Assembly: GCA_036336835.1 (NCBI GenBank)
Contig: JAYZFK010000003.1
Location: 1-32,943 of the forward strand
Reading direction: 5' to 3'
Length of the DNA stretch: 32,943 nt
Origin: Myxococcota bacterium
Lineage (GTDB): Bacteria > Myxococcota_A > UBA9160 > UBA4427
The notes under the pieces are model-generated. The model saw only the letters and a list, made by a program, of their open reading frames with translations, was not told where the DNA came from and ran no database searches. This document shows positions 1 through 8,990 of the stretch, one piece after another. A program made the translations under genes and the position numbers. Position 1 is the first letter of the stretch; each line of letters opens with the position of its first letter.

Positions 1-78
1 GTGCACCCCCGCGCGGGCGAGCCCGGCGGGGCAGACGAGGAGAAAGGTCAGGATCCAAGTCGAGGCGTTCCGTTGCAT
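1..78 (-). CDS. N-terminus of a secreted protein (runs off the left window edge)
   Basis: Manual translation from ATG at 78: MQRNASTWILTFLLVCPAGLARA-GVH. Looks like a Sec signal peptide with an A-x-A cleavage site; GGAG lies ~12 nt upstream on the minus strand. Too short for the ORF track. Confidence 0.6.
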   Translation of the reverse strand, partial: MQRNASTWILTFLLVCPAGLARAGVH

Positions 79-292
79 CGTCGTGGCGTTCTCCGAAATT
101 GCGGCGGCTACCTTCTCCCGGCTCATCGGCTGGCGGGCCCGATGGGCGGATCATAACAAGTGCCGGGTGGAATCGGCTACGGTCTACTCTAATTACAAAC
201 AGATTGTTAATTTGTTGGATTCCTCGAGGCTCTGTATACGAATCGGGCTCCGCCTGTCGACGGCAGAGGGCGCAGCTGACTACGCTTGGGCG

Positions 293-1306
293 ATGGCGAG
301 CTTGCTGGTGAAGCAGCACTGGCGCTGCCTGGGAGCGGGCCTGGGGCTGATTGTGGCCTCCCTGGGGGGAGCCTGTGAGCAGGCTGGGGACGGGGATGGC
401 TCGGCGACTGTGCCTACACGATCGCACGCGGAGCGGAGCGCCCGCGTCGTTTCGCTTTCGCCGCTTGCCAGCCGATTCGTGCTCCAGCTCGGCGCTGGAT
501 CCCTGCTGGTGGGAGTCGACGCGGTCTCCGGTCGGCTCGCCGGTCTCGCGACCCTGCCGGAAGTCGACCTGGCCGGCGCCGCGCAGCTGGCGCCGGATAT
601 CGTCGTCCTGGCTGCCCTGCCCGCCGTAGACGATCCCGTCGCGCAGCCGTTGGTGGCGCTCGGCGCCGCGCTCGTCGAGTTCGCTCCCGAAGATCTCGAG
701 GACATCTCGGCACTGTACAAGGGACTCGGAGTGCAACTGGTCGGAAGTGTTGCGGCGCTGCGCGCCGAGGCAGAGATGCTGCGTCGCCTCGCGCGGATCG
801 GCGGCTCCTCGTTCGGGCAACGGCGACCGCGCACGCTGGCAATCGTCGGCCTCGACCCCTTCTTGCTGGCCGGCGCCCACAGCTTCGAGACCGACCTGAT
901 CGAGATCGCGGGAGGAAACAGTGTCACCCATACCGATGGCGGTGAGGAGTTTCGCATCGAGTCGTCTCCGGCTCGACTGGACGGCTATGCGCCCGAGCTG
1001 CTGCTGGTCCTGACTCCCGAGCCGCTCTCGTCCGAGCAGAGGCGAGCACTGCTGGAGATGCTGGGCGACCGCTACCCGGTCGAGTTTCTCGCCGTCGACG
1101 GCCAAACCTTCTGGCTCGAGGATCCACCCGCGGCGGCGCAGCGGCTGCGCGAGGTGATCGAGCGGGTGTCGCGGGCGCTCGCTGTCGAGGCGTCGTGGCG
1201 CCTCTCGCAGGTGATCTGTCGCGCGAGCTTGCGAGCGCGCGACGCCCGTTCGGCGGTGCGGCGGCGACGTCGGGTGATCGTCCGATCCGTTGGTCGGAGG
1301 GAGTGA
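293..1306 (+). CDS. ABC transporter substrate-binding lipoprotein, BtuF/Fe-siderophore (helical backbone) family
   Basis: Lipobox-like LGGAC after a hydrophobic stretch. RVVSLSPLASRFVLQLGAGSLLVGVD, APDIVV and SFETDLIEIAGG match BtuF/FepB-type motifs. ATG 293 is preferred over the ORF start at 83, which crosses an AT-rich promoter patch. Confidence 0.75.
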   Translation: MASLLVKQHWRCLGAGLGLIVASLGGACEQAGDGDGSATVPTRSHAERSARVVSLSPLASRFVLQLGAGSLLVGVDAVSGRLAGLATLPEVDLAGAAQLAPDIVVLAALPAVDDPVAQPLVALGAALVEFAPEDLEDISALYKGLGVQLVGSVAALRAEAEMLRRLARIGGSSFGQRRPRTLAIVGLDPFLLAGAHSFETDLIEIAGGNSVTHTDGGEEFRIESSPARLDGYAPELLLVLTPEPLSSEQRRALLEMLGDRYPVEFLAVDGQTFWLEDPPAAAQRLREVIERVSRALAVEASWRLSQVICRASLRARDARSAVRRRRRVIVRSVGRRE

Positions 1307-1307
1307 T

Positions 1308-1733
1308 GTGAGCGACAGATCGGCACGGCTCGAGGGTTCGCATCGACCCTGGTGGATGACCGCTCTGGCCGTCTTCTGCCTCGCCACGGTGCCGTTCCTG
1401 GTTTTCCGAGATCTGTTCGTCGAGCAGACCCGGGACGTCGAGGTCTGGCTCGGATTTGAGGTTCGAGGAGCGCTGGCGCGGGCGACCGCGCCGGTCCACT
1501 GGGCGATCTTCCTGGTCGGCGCCTGGGCCTTCTGGTTTCGACGGCCCTGGATCGTCCCCTGGGCGGCCGGCTATGTGTTCTACGTGTCGCTCAGCCATCT
1601 CATCTGGAGTGAGGCCAGCGGCAACGGACAGGGTTGGCCGATGGGTCTGGCGCAGGCCCTGGTGATCTCGATACCGGGCCTCCTGCTGCTGCGCGCTCAC
1701 CGCTCGATGAAGCGCGGGCCGGGGACGGAGTAG
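1308..1733 (+). CDS. Hypothetical membrane protein (~4 TM helices)
   Basis: GTG at 1308 with GGAGGGAG just upstream, 1 nt after the previous stop; four hydrophobic Trp-rich segments. Confidence 0.7.
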   Translation: MSDRSARLEGSHRPWWMTALAVFCLATVPFLVFRDLFVEQTRDVEVWLGFEVRGALARATAPVHWAIFLVGAWAFWFRRPWIVPWAAGYVFYVSLSHLIWSEASGNGQGWPMGLAQALVISIPGLLLLRAHRSMKRGPGTE

Positions 1734-1860
1734 GCGCCTTTCCGGCGTGATCTCGCGCCGGAGTGCTGGCGCGACGTCCCGTCGGTGCTCGATGCGGTGC
1801 GGCTCCGCCGGCGCAAGCCTCGGAGCCTTCGGGCTGCCCAGTCCGCCGGGCCGCGGGGTC

Positions 1861-2322
1861 TCAGCGGTGTCCCTTCAGATCCTCCTGGGTCGGCTGCCAG
1901 TCCTCGGGCGCCATCGCGCGGATCTTCTCGGCGAAGTACCAGTGATGGCCTTCGAGATCGGCGACACCGTAACGTCGGTCGCCGTAGAAAGTGTCTTCCG
2001 CTTCGGAGAAAATTTCTGCTCCGGCCTGCCTCGCGTGCTCGAGGTGCCGCTCTACATCGGGCACGTAGACGTACAAGTTCTGCGTCACCTGCCCGAGCCG
2101 CTTCGGGCACTGGTACCCCTTGCCCGGGAAGCCCAGCAAGATCACCGCATCGCCAAGGGCCATCGATGCGTGTACCACCTTGCCTTCTGGATCTCGCATC
2201 GTTTCCGCCTCTCGCTCTCGAAATCCGAAGGCCCGCGACAGCCAGTCGAGAGCGCCTTCGACGTCCTCGTAGTACAGATAGGGTGTGATCGGCGCCGACT
2301 TCTCCGGCGTGTCCTCGCTCAT
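1861..2322 (-). CDS. VOC (glyoxalase/bleomycin resistance, PhnB-like) family protein
   Basis: ITPYLYYEDVEGALDWLSRAFGF, HASMALGDAVILL, LYVYVPDVE and DTFYGDRRYGVADLEGHHWYF are typical VOC motifs. Confidence 0.9.
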   Translation of the reverse strand: MSEDTPEKSAPITPYLYYEDVEGALDWLSRAFGFREREAETMRDPEGKVVHASMALGDAVILLGFPGKGYQCPKRLGQVTQNLYVYVPDVERHLEHARQAGAEIFSEAEDTFYGDRRYGVADLEGHHWYFAEKIRAMAPEDWQPTQEDLKGHR

Positions 2323-2392
2323 CGGAAAATCCTCGCAGAGGGGACGTTCGACTCTAGAGGGTACAGCCGGAGGAGCGAAGAATCTGGTTCGA

Positions 2393-3934
2393 TCACCCCG
2401 TGTTCGGCTGATCGCTGTCAGGAGTTCCGGGGCCCCGCGGCTGGGCCGTTCGGCCCTCGCCTAGCAAGGCTCGTCCGAGTCCCAGGCAGACGAGCAGCAG
2501 GATCACGCAGAACGGCAGTCCGGTGTTGATGGCGGCGGACTGGAGCGCCGCGAGCCCGCCCGCCGCGAGCAGCACCGCGGCCACGATGCCCTCGCTGACC
2601 GCCCAGAACACGCGCTGCCAGACGGGCGGGTCCGGGTGGCCGCCCGACGTCAGCATGTCGATGACGAAGGATCCCGAGTCCGAGGACGTTACGAAGAAGA
2701 TCGCCACCACGAACATGGCCAGCAGCGAGCTGATGCCAGGGGCCGGAAGCCGCTCGAGCAGGGCGTAGATGCCAGTCGAGATGTCGCTCTCGACTGCGGC
2801 CACAATGCCCGGAGCCGGCCCTTCGAGCGCGAGAGCGGATCCGCCGAAGACCGTAAACCAGATGCAGCTCACCAGGGTGGGGACCAGCAGTACGCCGAGC
2901 ACGAACTCGCGGATCGTGCGGCCGCGCGAGATGCGCGCGATGAACATCCCGACGAAGGGCGACCAGGCGATCCACCACGCCCAGTAGAAGAGGGTCCAGG
3001 ATTTCTGCCAGTCGCCGTCGCCCAGGGTCGCGTACCCGGTGCTGAGAGGGACCAGGGCGATCGCGTAGTCGAGCAGGTGCGACGGCAACCCCCGGGCGAG
3101 CGCCACGGTCGGGCCAGTCGCCGCCACGAAGACCAGCAGGACGACCGCGAGCGCGACGTTCAGCTCCGAGAGGCGGCGAATGCCCCGCTCGAGGCCGAGC
3201 ACGACGGAGGTCGTCGCTCCCGCCGTGATCACCGCGATCAGCACGACCTGCACGGCAGCGGATTCCGGGACAGCGAAGAGCCGGTGGAGCCCGGCATTGA
3301 TCTGCATCGCACCGAGGCCCAGCGAGGTCGCCAGGCCGAAGAGCGTCCCGAAGACCGCGAACACGTCGACCGCGTGGCCGGGCCACCCGTGGATCCGGTC
3401 GCCGAGCAGGGGGTGGAGGGTGGATCGGATTGCGAGCGGGAGCCCGCGCCGATGGCCGAAGTAGGCGATCGCCAAGCCCATCACGGCATACACGCCCCAC
3501 GCGTGCAATCCCCAGTGGAAGAACGTGATGGTCATCGCTTGTCGGGCGGACTCTGGGGTGGAGGCCGGACCGCTCGGCGGATTTGCGTAGTGGAGCACCG
3601 GCTCGGCAACGCCGTAGAACATGATGCCGATGCCCATGCCCGCGCTGAAGAGCATGGCGAACCAGGAGGGCAGGGCGAAGGCCGGTGTCTCGCCCTCGGA
3701 TCCGAGGACTAGCCGCCCGCGCGCACCGAGCGCGGACCACGCGCAGAAGATCGGGAAGAACGCCGTCGAGGCGATGAAGAGCCAGCCCCAGGTCCCGACG
3801 ATCCAGTCTTGGAGGCCCAGGAACAGCTGCTTCGCGAGAGGCGGATCGGCGACCCCGAATGTCAGGACCAGGACGACGACGGCCGCCGAGGAGACGAAGA
3901 CCGCCGGCTCGATGCGAGACGCTGCGCGCTTCAC
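2393..3934 (-). CDS. BCCT family transporter (choline/betaine/carnitine, BetT-like)
   Basis: SWFAMLFSAGMGIG, FFHWGLHAW, WTLFYWAWWIAWSPFVGMFIARISRGRTIREF and FFVTSSDSG. GTG at 3934 overlaps the upstream TGA (GTGA). Confidence 0.95.
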   Translation of the reverse strand: MKRAASRIEPAVFVSSAAVVVLVLTFGVADPPLAKQLFLGLQDWIVGTWGWLFIASTAFFPIFCAWSALGARGRLVLGSEGETPAFALPSWFAMLFSAGMGIGIMFYGVAEPVLHYANPPSGPASTPESARQAMTITFFHWGLHAWGVYAVMGLAIAYFGHRRGLPLAIRSTLHPLLGDRIHGWPGHAVDVFAVFGTLFGLATSLGLGAMQINAGLHRLFAVPESAAVQVVLIAVITAGATTSVVLGLERGIRRLSELNVALAVVLLVFVAATGPTVALARGLPSHLLDYAIALVPLSTGYATLGDGDWQKSWTLFYWAWWIAWSPFVGMFIARISRGRTIREFVLGVLLVPTLVSCIWFTVFGGSALALEGPAPGIVAAVESDISTGIYALLERLPAPGISSLLAMFVVAIFFVTSSDSGSFVIDMLTSGGHPDPPVWQRVFWAVSEGIVAAVLLAAGGLAALQSAAINTGLPFCVILLLVCLGLGRALLGEGRTAQPRGPGTPDSDQPNTG

Positions 3935-4665
3935 GGCTCGCCGATCACCGGCGCTCCTCGACGTGGACGCCGCCCGAGGAGGGCGGCCCGCTGGCGATAG
4001 AGCTGCGGATCGACCGACCGCGCGGCAGCCTCGATATCGAGCCCGCCGCCGAGGAAGCTGCAGACCTGCTCGGCCACCTGTCGCGGCTGCGCAATCGCGT
4101 CGCCGTGGGAGACGTCGAGGATGGGCAGCCCCCGGCGATCGAGCTCGAAGCGCGCCGCCTCGAGCTGCCGGGGCAGTGCGCGGCGCAGCGCAGCCGCGTC
4201 GGCTCCGGGCTCGCGCCCGGCTCGCTCCAGCATGGTGGCTTGCGATGCGAGCACCTCGTCGAGGGGGCGCTCCAGCCAGATCACGGCATAGCGATGGTCG
4301 GCCGGAAGATGCGATACGAGGGGTGCAATGATCTTGACGGCCCGACCGCGTGCCGAGGCCAGCCACGATGCGTCGCGGCCAAGCGACTTGACCGCTTCGA
4401 GCTCGAAGTAGCCGCGCGGGTTGTCCTCGTCGGCGTCCCGCTTTCCGTCGGTCAGCAGCGCGATGCCGGCCGCGCCGAGCATCTGCATCATCAGCGAGGT
4501 GCCTGAGCGCGGAAGCCCGGTGACGACGATGATGGCCTCGTCTGGTTCGCTCGCCGTGAGCGTTGCGGGACGCGGCCGCTCCGCGTTTGGCAGGGCTTGC
4601 GGGCTCGACGTGCGACGCGAGCGCCGGCCTGCCCCCGCGTCGAGCAGGTGTCCCTGGTGACTCAC
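3931..4665 (-). CDS. Sulfotransferase family protein (start uncertain)
   Basis: IIVVTGLPRSGTSLMMQML (5'-PSB loop), NPRGYFE, AVKII and WLERPLDEVLASQ (3'-PB-like). GTG 4665 is the nearest canonical start; the ORF extends to 4791. Confidence 0.8.
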   Translation of the reverse strand: MSHQGHLLDAGAGRRSRRTSSPQALPNAERPRPATLTASEPDEAIIVVTGLPRSGTSLMMQMLGAAGIALLTDGKRDADEDNPRGYFELEAVKSLGRDASWLASARGRAVKIIAPLVSHLPADHRYAVIWLERPLDEVLASQATMLERAGREPGADAAALRRALPRQLEAARFELDRRGLPILDVSHGDAIAQPRQVAEQVCSFLGGGLDIEAAARSVDPQLYRQRAALLGRRPRRGAPVIGEP

Positions 4666-4797
4666 GACCCGAGCGGCCCCTCGGGCGATCCGGGCTCGAT
4701 CTCGAAGATCGCTCTGTCGCGCGGGAGCAGCAGATCTGCCGAGCACTTCATTGGGGAGCCCCTGCGCCCTGCGACATCCATTCATCCGCACCTGGCT

Positions 4798-6966
4798 CTA
4801 ATCCGAGAGCAATCGCTTGACGGTCGCCGCAAGGGTGTCGAGGCCGAAGGGCTTGTGCAGGAACTCGGTCCGGTTCCCCGTAATATCCTTGGAGTCCAGC
4901 TGATCTTCGGAATGCCCGGAAACGTAGATCACCCTGAGATCTGGCAGCGAGAGACGGAGACGGCGCACCATCTCCGCTCCGCCCAGCTCCGGCATGACGA
5001 CATCCGTGACCACCAGATCGATTCCCGACGAGTGGCGAAGCGCCAGTTCGTATCCCCTGAGGCCGTCGCTGGCCTCGATGACGTGGTAGCCGTGGCTCGC
5101 GAGGTTTCGAACGATGAGCTTTCGAACCGCGAGGTTGTCTTCGACTACCAGGACCGTTTCGTCCTCGCCCGATGGAGATTCGGTCTCCCTGTCGGGCTCG
5201 GTGTAGTACTCCTCGATGTCGGTTGCTCGCGGCAGGTAGACGCGAAAGGTCGAGCCGACACCCAATTTGCTCTCGATCTGAATTGCGCCGCCGCTCTGCT
5301 GAACGATCCCATAGGTGGTGGAGAGCCCGAGGCCGGTACCCTCTCCCGTAGGTTTGGTCGTGAAGAAGGGATCGAAGGCATGTTCCATGGTTTCGGAATC
5401 CATCCCCGTGCCCTCGTCGGACACTTCGACGCATCCGTAGTCGCCCACTTCGAGCTCCCGGATGTTGGCTGCCGTCTCCGAATCGACGGTGACGTTGCGG
5501 CTACGCAGCTGCACCCTGCCCCCGTCCGGCATGGCATCCGCTGCGTTCAGGATCAGGTTGAGGATGGCCTGCTCGAGGCGCGTCCCTTCACTGCGGACGA
5601 GCCAGGATTCCTCTTCGAGCTGGACCTCGAGCCGGACCGAATCTGGAAGGACCCGGCCAACCATGTCGACGAGCGCGGATATCATCCGCGTCAGGTTGAC
5701 GTGTTCCGTATTCAGGCGTTCGCTGCGGCTGAAGGCTAGAAGCTGCTTCGTAATCGAACTGGCCTGATTTCCCGCGCGTGCGATCTCCCGCAGGCCGTCG
5801 AGCGCGTCCCGGGGAAGATCATCGCGCAGCAACAGCAGCTCGGTGTGGCCATTGATGGCCATCAGAAGGTTGTTGAAATCGTGAGCGATGCCGCCTGACA
5901 ACGTGCCGATCGCCTCCAGGCGCCGCTTCAGGCCGATCTGCTGCTCCTTCTGATCCAGCTCGCTCCGGAGCCTGTTCCGCTCCGTCAGGTCCCGGATGTA
6001 GGCGATGAATCGGCTTGTCTTCTTGCCCGAGATTTCCTGGACGGTCAACTCGATCGGGAATTCAGAGCCGTCGGGGCGAAGCGAGGACGTTTCGAGCTTG
6101 AGCCCGATGATGTTGGAGACACCCGTTTCGAGGAATCGTTTGAATCCTTCAAGATGGTCATCGACGAGGCGCTCAGGGATCAGCAGCCCTGCAACTTTCT
6201 GACCGATAGCCTCCTCTGCTCGCAGACCGTACATGGCTTCAGCCGCCGGGTTGAAGACATCGATGATGCCCCCTTTCCCGGCCATGATGATTGCGTCGGA
6301 GGCCAGATTGACGCTGCCCTCGAACTGTTCGTTGATTTCCGCGAGAGCCTGATTCTTTTCGATCTCGGCATTGCGAGCAGCGGTCAACTCCAGAGAGGAG
6401 CGGGTCATCAGTCGCGATACGATGGCTCCCATCGCGGAACAGAAGACGACGGCAAGCACCAGATTGAGTGTCTGCATCGCCGTGCTTTCGGGTCCGCCTT
6501 GCGGTTCCGGCAGGATGTCGGCGAAGAAACTCAGGCCGGCGATCGCAATCACGCCGGTGGTACCTGCGAGGTAGGCAATTCTGGGTCCGAGCATGAGCCC
6601 GCCCAGGAGCGGGATGACGAGGAACCAGAGGCTGTAGGGAGAACCGACGCCGCCTTCGTAGTAGGCAGGAATGAGCGTGAGCCCCATGCCCGTAACGACC
6701 AGAATGGCTGCGGCCCATTGAGCCGACTGGGTTAGCCGAACGATCAGGGATGAGAGGAGGAAGGCGACCACACCGATGACGAAGGCGATCTGTCGGACCA
6801 GATCGACATCGGACCGGATCGACGAGTAGGCGAAGCCTACGAGGAGCGCGGCGGCGGCCGCGAGCGAAACGACATGAATGAATAATCGCTGGACCTCTGG
6901 GCGAAAGATGCCGTCGAGGGACTCGCCGAACTTCCTGTCCCGATGGGATGTCGTCGGCTCAGACAT
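4798..6966 (-). CDS. Membrane-bound hybrid sensor histidine kinase (TM sensor-PAS-HisKA-HATPase-REC, CckA-like architecture)
   Basis: About 6 N-terminal TM segments; PAS (FNPAAEAMYG, RPDGSEFPIEL); H-box GGIAHDFNNLL; NLILNAADAM; DEGTGM; FFTTK; GTGLGL; receiver VLVVED...TDVVMP...KPF. ATG 6966 has GGAG upstream. Confidence 0.93.
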   Translation of the reverse strand: MSEPTTSHRDRKFGESLDGIFRPEVQRLFIHVVSLAAAAALLVGFAYSSIRSDVDLVRQIAFVIGVVAFLLSSLIVRLTQSAQWAAAILVVTGMGLTLIPAYYEGGVGSPYSLWFLVIPLLGGLMLGPRIAYLAGTTGVIAIAGLSFFADILPEPQGGPESTAMQTLNLVLAVVFCSAMGAIVSRLMTRSSLELTAARNAEIEKNQALAEINEQFEGSVNLASDAIIMAGKGGIIDVFNPAAEAMYGLRAEEAIGQKVAGLLIPERLVDDHLEGFKRFLETGVSNIIGLKLETSSLRPDGSEFPIELTVQEISGKKTSRFIAYIRDLTERNRLRSELDQKEQQIGLKRRLEAIGTLSGGIAHDFNNLLMAINGHTELLLLRDDLPRDALDGLREIARAGNQASSITKQLLAFSRSERLNTEHVNLTRMISALVDMVGRVLPDSVRLEVQLEEESWLVRSEGTRLEQAILNLILNAADAMPDGGRVQLRSRNVTVDSETAANIRELEVGDYGCVEVSDEGTGMDSETMEHAFDPFFTTKPTGEGTGLGLSTTYGIVQQSGGAIQIESKLGVGSTFRVYLPRATDIEEYYTEPDRETESPSGEDETVLVVEDNLAVRKLIVRNLASHGYHVIEASDGLRGYELALRHSSGIDLVVTDVVMPELGGAEMVRRLRLSLPDLRVIYVSGHSEDQLDSKDITGNRTEFLHKPFGLDTLAATVKRLLSD

Positions 6967-7178
6967 GAGGATCGATTCCCGCTCCAGATCGGGTTTTCTC
7001 TTGCCGGGGACCCGCCCCGGGGGGGCATTTGCACACGTGCGGGGAGGGTCTACACCGCGCGGGGCCGTGCCACTCCAGCCGACGAGAATACCCCAGTCCA
7101 TCGGCGTTCGGCTCTGGGGGAGGGCTGAGATTCATGGCCGTGCCTCCGCGCACCGGCGGCCCGGCGCGCGAAGGCGCC

Positions 7179-8492
7179 TCACTCCGGCAGGCGTTCGCCT
7201 TCCGGCGGGTCCATGTAGCGATCGAGGATCTCGTGCATTCGACCGATGCGCGCCTCGGCAGGCACCAGGCGCAGCGTCTCGATGCCCGGCTGGTGCAAGC
7301 CGCGCTGGAGATCGGGCATGAGATCCAGATCCTGCAACATCACCGGCCCCAGTGCGCGCACCTCTTCGGGGCCGAGCTGCTTCTCCACGGGTCGCGCGTG
7401 ATTGCGGGGATCATCGGCCGCGAGCAGATCGAAGTTCCACATGTCGAGCAAGCACTCGTCGGGCGTTGGCCCAGGGCGTGCGCGGATCAAGCCATACCAG
7501 CCGGCGAACACGTTGAACACGGCGTTCGGAAAGACGTGATAGTGGTAGTCGTCGATCAGCTGCGCGTCGTCGAGCTTCGCGTAGCGCGAGCTCGAGCTGG
7601 CGAGGTGTTCGCGAATTCGCGCGGCCAGCACGTCGCGCATGGTCTGGCCCCGCGCAACGGGAGGATGCGGTCCCGGATCGTCCGCGGCGGCGAAGGGCAG
7701 CCCCAGCCGGTGACCCAGGTTGCGCACGAACTCCTCCCACAGTTCCTGATCGCTCACACCGCCGCCCCGCCGCGGGCTCGGCACACCGTAGGGCTGCACG
7801 AACATCGTGTGCTTGTCGTACAGCGTGATCGGCGTATTGACGTCGTCGGCGATGGCGAGCATTTGCGGGTGGATGGCGTGCAGGTGGTAGGTCTCGATGA
7901 AGGCATCGACGACCACCTTCCAGTTGCACGCCACCGGCACCGTCATGAACTGGGCACAGCTGTAGTCCTGCATGCCCAGCCAGTCGAGCTCCTGCGGTAG
8001 CTCTTCCAGGAACTCGGATAGAGGCTCGCAATTCCGATCCGGGTTGACGAAGACGAAGCCGGCCCAGGTGTCGACCGAGACCGGCACCAGGCTCGTCGGC
8101 CCCGGGCGCCCCGCGTGCACGTCGTCGCGAGACACGCCCCTCAGGTGACCCTTCAGGTCGTAGCACCAGTGGTGGAAGCGGCAGCGAACCTGCTCGAGAC
8201 CGCTGCCCGACCCCTTCAGGAGCAGGTTGCCCCGGTGGCGACACGCGTTCTGGAACGCGCGCAGCGCGCCCTCCTCGTCGCGCAGCACCAGGATCGAGAG
8301 CGTTCCGATCTCGTAGACCCAGTAGTCGCCCGGTGCGGCGATGCAGTCTTCCGTGCAGGCGATCTGCCAGACACACGTCCACAGGCGTTCGCGCTCCAGC
8401 GCCTGCCATGAGGTCGACGTGTAGCGAGACGTCGGGATCTTCCTCGCGACTTGCCTACCCGACGAGGTCCCGCCCGCTGCGCCGGAGCTCAC
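7179..8492 (-). CDS. Rieske non-heme iron oxygenase (ring-hydroxylating dioxygenase alpha-subunit family)
   Basis: Rieske ligands CRHRG...CRFHHW; mononuclear Fe site NWK...ETYHLHAIH with a C-terminal QD. GTG start overlaps the EthD stop (GTGA). Confidence 0.93.
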   Translation of the reverse strand: MSSGAAGGTSSGRQVARKIPTSRYTSTSWQALERERLWTCVWQIACTEDCIAAPGDYWVYEIGTLSILVLRDEEGALRAFQNACRHRGNLLLKGSGSGLEQVRCRFHHWCYDLKGHLRGVSRDDVHAGRPGPTSLVPVSVDTWAGFVFVNPDRNCEPLSEFLEELPQELDWLGMQDYSCAQFMTVPVACNWKVVVDAFIETYHLHAIHPQMLAIADDVNTPITLYDKHTMFVQPYGVPSPRRGGGVSDQELWEEFVRNLGHRLGLPFAAADDPGPHPPVARGQTMRDVLAARIREHLASSSSRYAKLDDAQLIDDYHYHVFPNAVFNVFAGWYGLIRARPGPTPDECLLDMWNFDLLAADDPRNHARPVEKQLGPEEVRALGPVMLQDLDLMPDLQRGLHQPGIETLRLVPAEARIGRMHEILDRYMDPPEGERLPE

Positions 8493-8854
8493 GCGGCACT
8501 CTCCGGTCTCGCCTTCCAGTCGATTCCCCGCTCGAGCGATACCTCCGCCTCGTGACTCACCACGAAGGTCGGGCTGTTCTCAGCGTCCATGAAAGACACG
8601 AGATCCTTCCAGTGTTCCTGGCCATCCGGCGTCTCGTACCAGCGCACCGCGGCGTCGAGCGCCGCGCGATCGGGCCAGTGATTCTCGGCGACGCCCATGT
8701 AGTCGCCATCGGGTTCGAGCAGCATCAGGCGATTGAGTGTGATCTCGGGGTGATCCCGAAGATCCATTTCCTGAGTGTGCTGGCACCAGCGCTCGAAGAA
8801 CGTGTCGCGATCGAAACCGGGCTGCATCCTGACGAACGTGAATGTGGTGATCAT
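8489..8854 (-). CDS. EthD-like (dimeric alpha-beta barrel) protein
   Basis: 121 aa with PGFDRDTFFERWCQH, YMGVAENHWPD and DLVSFMD, the typical EthD pattern; GAGG RBS. Confidence 0.8.
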   Translation of the reverse strand: MITTFTFVRMQPGFDRDTFFERWCQHTQEMDLRDHPEITLNRLMLLEPDGDYMGVAENHWPDRAALDAAVRWYETPDGQEHWKDLVSFMDAENSPTFVVSHEAEVSLERGIDWKARPESAA

Positions 8855-8990
8855 TCAGACCTCGCGAGCGACATTATGCTCGAATCGACGAGCCATCGGT
8901 CGCGATATCGCGGGTCTCGGTTCGTGATAGCCGGAGCGGTGGGTGAGGCGCTACGGCTTCCGCGGCGCTCCGTCCAATCGCCCCGCGCGG

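Noticed and set aside
3935..4366. 144-aa N-terminal extension of the BCCT ORF
   Set aside because: Out-of-frame overlap with the sulfotransferase; the GTGA junction gives a natural start at 3934.
8901..8912. Perfect palindrome CGCGATATCGCG upstream of EthD
   Set aside because: A single short GC-rich palindrome with no second copy; plausible by chance.
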